Shown here: positions 6,962 to 13,795 of the stretch, piece after piece
How positions within the stretch are numbered: the stretch's first letter is position 1
Layout of the letters: each line of letters begins with the position of its first letter
From: Moorena sp. SIO3H5
Lineage (GTDB): Bacteria > Cyanobacteriota > Cyanobacteriia > Cyanobacteriales > Coleofasciculaceae
NCBI RefSeq assembly: GCF_010692395.1
Contig: NZ_JAAHHS010000122.1
Span: forward strand, 1 to 18,964
Length of the DNA stretch: 18,964 nucleotides
Direction: 5' to 3'
Program-made: the position numbers and the translations under genes
The notes under the pieces: model-generated
The model's input: only the letters and a program-made list of their open reading frames with translations
What the model was told of the DNA's origin: nothing
The model's database searches: none

Positions 6962-7153
6962 CTATGATTCCTCCAAGTATTTTAGTGCGGCTTCACGGTC
7001 TAACAAAGGAGTTAGCTTAGCCTCATCCATCGCTTGGTTAAGACAATAATCTTCTAATCTTTCTGATAACTCATCTAAAGCAATATTTTCTTCTGGGAAT
7101 AACTGTCGCCACACTTCAATTGATTTAAAAATGCTATATATAGAGATAGTCAT
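6962..7153 (-). CDS. Small hypothetical protein (63 aa) with an antitoxin-like acidic helical C-terminus
   Basis: The ORF is bracketed by heptamer arrays. The tail LDELSERLEDYCLNQAMDEAKLTPLLDREAALKYLEES resembles C-terminal segments of small type II antitoxins, but I cannot assign a family. Confidence 0.4.
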   Translation of the reverse strand: MTISIYSIFKSIEVWRQLFPEENIALDELSERLEDYCLNQAMDEAKLTPLLDREAALKYLEES

Positions 7154-7188
7154 AGTAATAATGTACAGATAGTTTTTTATCTTAATTC

Positions 7189-7215
7189 TTCCCTGTTCCC
7201 TGTTCCCTGTTCCCT
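7189..7215. repeat. Heptanucleotide tandem array (ttccctg x about 4, STRR-type)
   Basis: ttccctgttccctgttccctgttccct lies between ORF 6962..7153 and the DUF433 gene. Confidence 0.9.
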
Positions 7216-7239
7216 AAAATAATAATTGTCTGGGGCATC

Positions 7240-7542
7240 TTACTGCTTTAACTTTTGCTGAACCAAGGACGGTGTTTTTTCTTGCATATCACGGGCAAAT
7301 TCTTCATCTTCAAGAATCTGTTGCCTGATTTCCTCAAAATGGTCATGATAATAGGCTAAAGCAGCATAGACATCTGCTAAGGTAATGGTAGGGTATTGTG
7401 AAACAATTTCATCCGGCGACAATCCTATTCTTTCGTGCCAAATGACAATATCTTCAACCCGAATACGATGACCGGCAATGCGAGGTTTGCCACCACAAAC
7501 CCCTGGTGTAATTTCAATATGCTTTGATATGACACTACTCAT
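7240..7542 (-). CDS. DUF433 domain protein (antitoxin-like, HTH)
   Basis: ITPGVCGGKPRIAGHRIRVEDIVIWHERIGLSPDEIVSQYPTITLADVYAALAYY is the characteristic DUF433 core. Confidence 0.8.
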   Translation of the reverse strand: MSSVISKHIEITPGVCGGKPRIAGHRIRVEDIVIWHERIGLSPDEIVSQYPTITLADVYAALAYYHDHFEEIRQQILEDEEFARDMQEKTPSLVQQKLKQ

Positions 7543-7598
7543 GTTGTCTCCTATTTATACACTGGTTTTACCATTATATCTCACAATAATATCTAAAT

Positions 7599-8204
7599 TC
7601 AACTGGATGCAAAAATCTGGTTAGCAGTTAAACTAAGCTCCGGAAAGACTTTGGAAACAAGACCATCATCATTTCGGAACAATTGTTTTTGATACTCATC
7701 ATCTACCAAAGTGCAAATTGTAATTGTTGGTTGTTTAGGTTTACCAATATAATCTCTACCACCAATGCCTAGATAATCGACAATCCAGTATTCAGGTACA
7801 CCTAGTATGGCATAATCTTCAACCTTACGAGCATAATCGTTCTGCCAATTGGTGCTAACAACTTCAACAACAAGCTTGATTGAGGTTCCCAACGTAATCA
7901 CAGGCTCTTTTTGCCATAAAGGTTCATTTACTAGCCGAGTTCTATCTAATACAATCACATCAGGACGAAAAGCTGTTTGAGTTCCTAAAATTTTGATCAG
8001 ACATCGGTAGGGAATCAGATAATCTGGGTATCCTCGGTCAATCTCCACATTTAACTTCCGTCCCACAAACCCTGCTACTTCCTCATCAGGTCCAGTAGCT
8101 TCCATGTCAATTAGTTCCCCATCGATTAGTTCATAGCATTCGTTGTCACCATACTGGGTAATAAACTGATCAACAGTTATAAAAGTTGGTAAAGCTTGAA
8201 GCAT
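7599..8204 (-). CDS. Uma2-family (DUF820) PD-(D/E)xK endonuclease
   Basis: YELIDGELIDMEATG...FRPDVIVLDR...LVVEVVS...DYARKVEDYAILGVPEYWIVD matches the Uma2 pattern. I prefer the ATG at 8204 (MLQALPTF...) over 8264 because an AAGGAG sits 10 nt upstream of it (8215-8220, minus strand). Confidence 0.85.
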   Translation of the reverse strand: MLQALPTFITVDQFITQYGDNECYELIDGELIDMEATGPDEEVAGFVGRKLNVEIDRGYPDYLIPYRCLIKILGTQTAFRPDVIVLDRTRLVNEPLWQKEPVITLGTSIKLVVEVVSTNWQNDYARKVEDYAILGVPEYWIVDYLGIGGRDYIGKPKQPTITICTLVDDEYQKQLFRNDDGLVSKVFPELSLTANQIFASS

Positions 8205-8316
8205 TACAATCGCACTCCTTATCAGGATAAAATCATGCTGGTAGTGGTAAGCTGCTATTATCAATACTTAAATCTTAACGGTCAATCGTGTTAGATAAAA
8301 AATATAATGAATCAAA

Positions 8317-8556
8317 ATGATTTTATGTAAAATCAAAAGCATCATGACACAACCCACCTTTTCAGAAATATTAGAAGCAGCAGCGCGACTTTCCTTAGAC
8401 GATCAAGAAAATCTAATTAATAGTTTAATAAATCGCCTTCGCTCTCGGCGAAGAGCCGAGAGAATTAGAGATGTTAAAGAAGCTCAACAAGAGTTTGCTG
8501 AAGGAAAATGTCAACCCGTTACTCCTGAACAGCTCACATCGGAAATTCTCTCGTAA
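8317..8556 (+). CDS. Small hypothetical protein, antitoxin-like (79 aa, or 70 aa if it starts at ATG 8344)
   Basis: TFSEILEAAARLSLDDQENLINSLINRLRSRRRAERIRDVKEAQQEFAEGKCQPVTPEQL resembles small cyanobacterial addiction-module-type proteins. No toxin-sized ORF follows it. Confidence 0.45.
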   Translation: MILCKIKSIMTQPTFSEILEAAARLSLDDQENLINSLINRLRSRRRAERIRDVKEAQQEFAEGKCQPVTPEQLTSEILS

Positions 8557-8573
8557 CGTTTTACCGATTACCC

Positions 8574-10364
8574 TCAACTCATCTTGACCAAAGATGCCCC
8601 TAACCACCCAGAAAAATTCTGCTGCTGGGCATTGGTAGGATTCTTGACTGGCATAACGTGGTAACGACTGGGTTGAGATTTCCCTAATGTAATCGGTAGA
8701 GTAACCAATTGATCCTGATGGAATACACTAAGCTCGATCACATCACCAGCTTCGTAATCTTTTAAGCGATCGCATAATTGATCCCCCTTGACTCGCAACC
8801 CATCAATAGCCAGTAACTGATCACCAGCATCCACTCCTGCCACTGCTGCAGGAGAATCCATCTCCACAAACTGGATCCAGTCCTGACCATTGTCAGTCCT
8901 CACCTTCACCCCCAAGTAAGGCACAGATTCTTCATCCACGGCCACCACTTGTAAGCCAAAGGGTTTGAGATACTCATTGAAGGGCAATTCCTCCTTACCC
9001 TCAATAGTCTTAGAGAAGAAGTTACTTAAATCTAGCTCTGCTACGGATTCTATTACCTCTCGCAGTTGTTGGGGAGTAAAGCCAATTTCCCCTTTACCAA
9101 ACTGCTCCCACATCTTCCTGATCACATCATCAAGGGATCGCTTATTTCCATGGCGCTCCCGGATTAACAAATCCAGCAATAATGACACCATTTCCCCTTT
9201 CAAATAATAGGAAATTTGGTTATTATCACTGTTAGCATCCCGTCGATAAAGCTTAATCCAAGCATCAAAACTCGACTCATCCAGGGGCTGCACCTTACGT
9301 CCTGGTGTAGTTAAAAACCGAGTAATCTCTTTACTCAAATTTTCTAACAACGTCTTAGCATCATAGATACCAGCCCGTTGGGGAATTAATAAGTCATAGT
9401 AACTAGTTGTTCCCTCAGAAAACCACAACGATGTCGTATAGTTTTCCTTTTCATAGTCAAAGGTTTCTAGGGCTAATGGTCGAATCCGCTTAACATTCCA
9501 CAAGTGAAAGAACTCATGAGCCACCAGTTGCAAGAAGCGATTATACTTATCCTTTGCCCGAAAACCAAAGCGTGAGTAAATTAACGAACAACTATCCTTA
9601 TGTTCCAATCCCCCAAAGCCACTAGCCGTTAGATAAAGCAAGAACAAATAGTGATCATAAGGTAAACCTCCAAAAAGCTCAGCTTCTACCTTGATAATCT
9701 TCTTAGTATCCTCAATAATCCGCTTTGGGTCAGCATTCCCCTCTCCCCAGATGGCCAATTGATGGGGTTTGCCCAAAACCTCAAACTCATAGAGCTTATG
9801 ATCACCAATTTCAAACGGACTATCGACTAAGGTATCAAAATCCCTGGCCTCAAAGGTATTAAATTTGCCTGACACTGCTGGTAAAGGTGTGGTCACCCGC
9901 CAATTGGGATGAGGTGGCGCGATAGTAATTTGGCAAGGGTGTTGTTCAAATCCTGGGATGAAGAAGAACAGAGCAGCACCATTAAAATAACCGTGGGTAG
10001 CATCTAGGTGATTAGTGCGTACCGTTAATTCATTAGCAAAGATACGATAACGCACAGTGATAGCCGACGCATCACCAGTTTCCACTAGCCAATGATTCTT
10101 GGCCAGTTTCCGCCACGGTAAAGACTGGGTAGGATTACCGGTATCCGCAGAGAAATCTTGTAAATGTCGAGCATACTCCCGCACTAAGTAAGAGCCTGGA
10201 GTCCAAACAGGCATCTTTAAATCTAACAAAGGGGCTTCCCAGCCTTCGACTTGTAGCGTTACCTCAAACAGATGGGATTGAGGCTGAGGCATAGCGACAT
10301 GGTAGTGAATAGCTAGGGTACTAGTGGCTGTGCTGCTCCGAAAAATAGTTCTTGCTTCAGTCAT
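8574..10364 (-). CDS. M61-family metallo-aminopeptidase (glycyl aminopeptidase-like) with a C-terminal PDZ domain
   Basis: HExxH zinc motif within VAHEFFHLWNVKRIRP. The PDZ-like segment is AAVAGVDAGDQLLAIDGLRV. Length is 596 aa. Confidence 0.9.
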   Translation of the reverse strand: MTEARTIFRSSTATSTLAIHYHVAMPQPQSHLFEVTLQVEGWEAPLLDLKMPVWTPGSYLVREYARHLQDFSADTGNPTQSLPWRKLAKNHWLVETGDASAITVRYRIFANELTVRTNHLDATHGYFNGAALFFFIPGFEQHPCQITIAPPHPNWRVTTPLPAVSGKFNTFEARDFDTLVDSPFEIGDHKLYEFEVLGKPHQLAIWGEGNADPKRIIEDTKKIIKVEAELFGGLPYDHYLFLLYLTASGFGGLEHKDSCSLIYSRFGFRAKDKYNRFLQLVAHEFFHLWNVKRIRPLALETFDYEKENYTTSLWFSEGTTSYYDLLIPQRAGIYDAKTLLENLSKEITRFLTTPGRKVQPLDESSFDAWIKLYRRDANSDNNQISYYLKGEMVSLLLDLLIRERHGNKRSLDDVIRKMWEQFGKGEIGFTPQQLREVIESVAELDLSNFFSKTIEGKEELPFNEYLKPFGLQVVAVDEESVPYLGVKVRTDNGQDWIQFVEMDSPAAVAGVDAGDQLLAIDGLRVKGDQLCDRLKDYEAGDVIELSVFHQDQLVTLPITLGKSQPSRYHVMPVKNPTNAQQQNFSGWLGASLVKMS

Positions 10365-10456
10365 TACTCAACTTTAGGGATTACCATTTAGCTTTAAGGG
10401 TAGCAATCCTCTGACCAGATAGCATTTTCATTTGAGATGTAAACATAGAGAGAATC

Positions 10457-10512
10457 GGGAATAGGGAGCAGGGAATAGGGAATAGGGAACAGGGAGCAGG
10501 GAGTAGGGAATA
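10457..10512. repeat. Eight tandem GGGARYA heptamers (left arm of an inverted pair)
   Basis: The array reads gggaata gggagca gggaata gggaata gggaaca gggagca gggagta gggaata. Confidence 0.95.
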
Positions 10513-10727
10513 GTAGGAAAGAGAGGAGAGTTTTTAGTGTTATGATCAATCAGCTTTGGCTTGATGGAATTATAGACACCGAAGATAGATTTTTATTTTT
10601 TTTATTTACTAACTAAATTAATATTCAATTTTTATATGCAGTAATTAAAAATATTTACTCTTTGGTAATATCTAATTTTAGATACTTATGATACAGCGTT
10701 TTTGATAACTATAAAGTAACAATATTT

Positions 10728-10790
10728 TTCCCCTGTTCCCTGCTCCCTGCTTCCTGTTCCCTATTCCCTGTTCCCTATTCCCTGTTCCCA
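10728..10790. repeat. About nine tandem heptamers of the complementary type (gttccct / attccct / gctccct), forming the right arm of the inverted pair
   Basis: ttcccctgttccctgctccctgcttcctgttccctattccctgttccctattccctgttccc is the reverse complement of the repeat type at 10457-10512. Confidence 0.95.
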
Positions 10791-10946
10791 TTACTAAATC
10801 TTGAATCCTCGACCTGTCCAAAACCATTGATAATTAACTTGGGTAATGTCGATGTCTCCCGACCCTGACAACAGCGGTAGAGAGAGACTTATAACATCCC
10901 CCAAGCGTCCACCACTAGTTAAACCGAAAGCCCCAGCGCTGATTTT

Positions 10947-13193
10947 ATGGATTTACAGATTATCGAACGAGATGGTAGACGATACCTTCCTACCGAGCAG
11001 TTGTCGATGACCGAATGGCCTCGGCTCACCACAAACCAACCTCTACCAACCCTTCCTCTCAAAGTAGATGACCTGTTTTTAATCACAGATACCCTAGGGA
11101 ATATTTCGGGCAACTTAGAAAACGAAACCACCAGCGCAACCGGGTTATTTTGTCAAGATACCCGCTTTCTCTCTCGCTTAGAGTTACAAATTGAAGGGCA
11201 ACTCCCCATTCCCCTTAGTAGCAGTGCTGAGGAAGGATTTGTCCTATCGGTCATGTGTTGCAATCCCCGTTCACCTAATCTTCCCCCAAAAACCCTAGGC
11301 ATTCAGCGGCAGCTAGCCCTCCATGGTGGCTTATGGGAAGAAATTGTAATCACCAATTACGACACTCAACCCCTTAACTTCAGCGTCAGCCTCAGTTTTG
11401 ATGCCGATTTTAAAGACTGGTTTGAAGTCCGGGGTCATCAGCGACAGCAACGGGGAACTCTGCTGCGTTCACTACCCCCTGATATCGATATCGATTTAGA
11501 TACCCTGCTAACCCTAACTGAGTTCAACACCAATACCATCAACCTAGCTTACCAGGGACTCGATAACTCCCTGGTTGAATCTCAGATTTACTTTATGCAC
11601 CGTCTCCCAGACACCTACAAAGGGGACACAGCAGTTTGGGACTTGTGCCTTAAGCCTGGCGCTACGGAAACCTTAGGCTATCAACTAGAAATGGTCACCC
11701 ACAAAGCCCGAATCACTACAGCTAACATTCCCACCACCCTTGAAGAAGCTAAGACCGCTAACTTACTCCAAAACCAGGAATGGTATAAACAGATAACTCA
11801 CATTAGCTCGGATAATGAAACCCTTAACCAAGTGATTTCTCGGGCAATACGAGACATCTTTTTACTAAGGCAGACTATTAATGGCTGCACATTTCTGTCT
11901 GCAGGAGTACCTCGGTTTTCCACCTTGTTTGGACGAGATTCCTTAATTGCTGCCTCACAAACCTTAATCCTTGACCCTACTATCGCCAAAGGGACTCTGG
12001 AAATTTTAGCCCAGTACCAAGGCCAAGAGGATAACCCATCGCGGGATGAGCAACCAGGTAAGATTTTGCATGAACTACGGGTTGGGGAATTGGCTCGCTG
12101 TCGGGAAATTCCTCATACTCCCTACTACGGTACAGTTGATGCTACCCCACTCTGGCTAGTGCTCTATGCGGATTACTATGCTTGGACAAATGACACCACT
12201 ACCCTAGACCAGCTCTGGCCTAATGCTTTGGCTGCCATGGATTGGATTGATAGTCAATCTCAGGAAAACGGCTATCTCTGTTATCAGCGCCAATCCAAAA
12301 AGGGTTTGCGTAATCAAGGGTGGAAGGATTCCGGTGATTCCATGGTCACTCGTGATGGTTCCCTAGCAACGGGAGCGATCGCATTATGCGAAGTCCAAGC
12401 TTATGTCTATGGCGCTAAAGTTAGGCTAAGTCATCTGGCCAGGATCAAGCAGCGAATTGATTTAGCCGAACGTTGGGAAAACCAAGCCCAGGAACTCAAG
12501 CAACGCTTCAATCAGGATTTTTGGCTAGACGACCTAGACTTCTGTGCCTTAGCACTAGATGGAGAAAGAAAACTAGTAGATAGCATAACCTCCAATCCTG
12601 GCCATTGCTTGTCTTTGGGCATTTTTACTCCAGAAAAAGCAGCTAGTGTAGCAAAGCGGCTGTTAGAACCAGATATGTTCAATGGTTGGGGGATTCGTAC
12701 CCTCAGTAATCAATCCGCTGCTTACAACCCGATCAGCTATCACGTCGGATCAGTTTGGCCCCACGAAAATTCCTTGATTGCAGTAGGATTGCGTGCGGTC
12801 AATCAAGTGGATCAAGCCTTAGAAATTGCCAAAGGTATGATTGACATGACCGTTGAGCAACCCTACTATCGTCCTCCAGAACTCTTCTCTGGTTACCAGC
12901 GCACTCCCAACAGCTCTCCGGTCAAGTATCCAGGAGCCTGTCCTCTGCAAGCCTGGGCAACTGGCAGTATTTTCCAACTGCTGCAAATGATGGTGAATTT
13001 GCAATCGGATGCTCCAGGAAACAATTTACATATTTTCAAACCAACTTTACCAAAGTTTATCAATCAACTCTTAGTTCGTAACTTGCGGATTGGGTCAACG
13101 GTGCTAGACTTGCAATTGGAACGAGCTGACACAACCACCACCTGTAAAGTGGTGAAGAATTCCGGTAACCTCACGGTTGTGATCGAAAGCTAA
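10947..13193 (+). CDS. Amylo-alpha-1,6-glucosidase / glycogen-debranching-type (GDE-like) protein
   Basis: 748 aa with motifs VPRFSTLFGRDSLI, GKILHELRVGE, YYGTVDATPLW, NQGWKDSGDS, EVQAYVY and SYHVGSVWPHEN, typical of the bacterial/archaeal GDE_N plus (alpha/alpha)6 GDE_C family. The start could instead be the internal Met at 11007. Confidence 0.88.
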   Translation: MDLQIIERDGRRYLPTEQLSMTEWPRLTTNQPLPTLPLKVDDLFLITDTLGNISGNLENETTSATGLFCQDTRFLSRLELQIEGQLPIPLSSSAEEGFVLSVMCCNPRSPNLPPKTLGIQRQLALHGGLWEEIVITNYDTQPLNFSVSLSFDADFKDWFEVRGHQRQQRGTLLRSLPPDIDIDLDTLLTLTEFNTNTINLAYQGLDNSLVESQIYFMHRLPDTYKGDTAVWDLCLKPGATETLGYQLEMVTHKARITTANIPTTLEEAKTANLLQNQEWYKQITHISSDNETLNQVISRAIRDIFLLRQTINGCTFLSAGVPRFSTLFGRDSLIAASQTLILDPTIAKGTLEILAQYQGQEDNPSRDEQPGKILHELRVGELARCREIPHTPYYGTVDATPLWLVLYADYYAWTNDTTTLDQLWPNALAAMDWIDSQSQENGYLCYQRQSKKGLRNQGWKDSGDSMVTRDGSLATGAIALCEVQAYVYGAKVRLSHLARIKQRIDLAERWENQAQELKQRFNQDFWLDDLDFCALALDGERKLVDSITSNPGHCLSLGIFTPEKAASVAKRLLEPDMFNGWGIRTLSNQSAAYNPISYHVGSVWPHENSLIAVGLRAVNQVDQALEIAKGMIDMTVEQPYYRPPELFSGYQRTPNSSPVKYPGACPLQAWATGSIFQLLQMMVNLQSDAPGNNLHIFKPTLPKFINQLLVRNLRIGSTVLDLQLERADTTTTCKVVKNSGNLTVVIES

Positions 13194-13246
13194 ATCCAGT
13201 TAATAGCAAAGGGAAAAGACAAAGCATAGCGCTATAAATTTGTCCG

Positions 13247-13294
13247 GCGCTTAGTGGTAAGGCTTTCATACAATTGACCCTTACCACTAAGCGC
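13247..13294. other. Perfect 16-bp-stem hairpin (gcgcttagtggtaagg ... ccttaccactaagcgc, 16-nt loop)
   Basis: The inverted repeat was read directly from the sequence, 54 nt downstream of the GDE stop codon. Confidence 0.8.
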
Positions 13295-13299
13295 TGATC

Positions 13300-13371
13300 T
13301 CCCACGCACTTCCTTTATACTTGCGCTCGTGCCGATGATCGGCAAGCTGTATTGACCATTAGTGCGTGGGA
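13300..13371. other. Perfect 11-bp inverted repeat (tcccacgcact ... agtgcgtggga) enclosing the palindrome gccgatgatcggc
   Basis: Read directly from the sequence. It immediately follows the 16-bp hairpin. Confidence 0.7.
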
Positions 13372-13433
13372 ATTTAAACCTATTGTTCAGGGTGTTTGAG
13401 TGTAGGTGGGGTATCGGCAGGTGCGCACCAAAG

Positions 13434-13470
13434 GGCGAATTTAATTCGTCATGGGTCAAGGGCACCTAAA
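13434..13470. repeat. Copy 1 of a 37-bp direct repeat with a palindromic core, cgaatt-t-aattcg
   Basis: ggcgaatttaattcgtcatgggtcaagggcacctaaa is identical to 13615-13651. Confidence 0.9.
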
Positions 13471-13614
13471 AAAATTATTTTAATCATAATTAAAAGCTTA
13501 ATTGTTTCCATGTATTTTCCAACTGCCTTGTCGATCTAGGGGAATCATGTAAATATGGCGGTTGCTTACTTAAAGCTTGGCACACCCCGCCCTAATTCAA
13601 AAGGTGTGACCCGT

Positions 13615-13651
13615 GGCGAATTTAATTCGTCATGGGTCAAGGGCACCTAAA
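13615..13651. repeat. Copy 2 of the 37-bp direct repeat, 145 nt upstream of the sucrose synthase start codon
   Basis: Identical 37-mer. The two copies are offset by 181 bp. Confidence 0.9.
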
Positions 13652-13795
13652 GATAGTGGGGTAAGCTATTGCCCCACTGCCAGAAGATCCCAAGGAGTGA
13701 GCCAATCTCCCACGACAATCCTACTTCCTGCTAGCCAAGGGCAAAGCGCGGGAGTAGGTTACAGACCCACCATGGACAAGACACGCTAAGTTACT

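Noticed and set aside
8425-9207. ORFs 8425..8607 (minus) and 8965..9207 (plus)
   Set aside because: The first overlaps the small plus-strand ORF and the 3' end of the M61 gene. The second is antisense within the M61 gene. Neither has recognisable motifs.
13232-13465. Minus-strand ORF of 77 aa (GTG start) in the spacer before sucrose synthase
   Set aside because: It runs straight through two perfect inverted repeats and starts inside the 37-bp duplicated box. The second box copy opens only a 26-codon ORF with the same first 11 residues. The shared peptide therefore reflects DNA duplication, not a gene.
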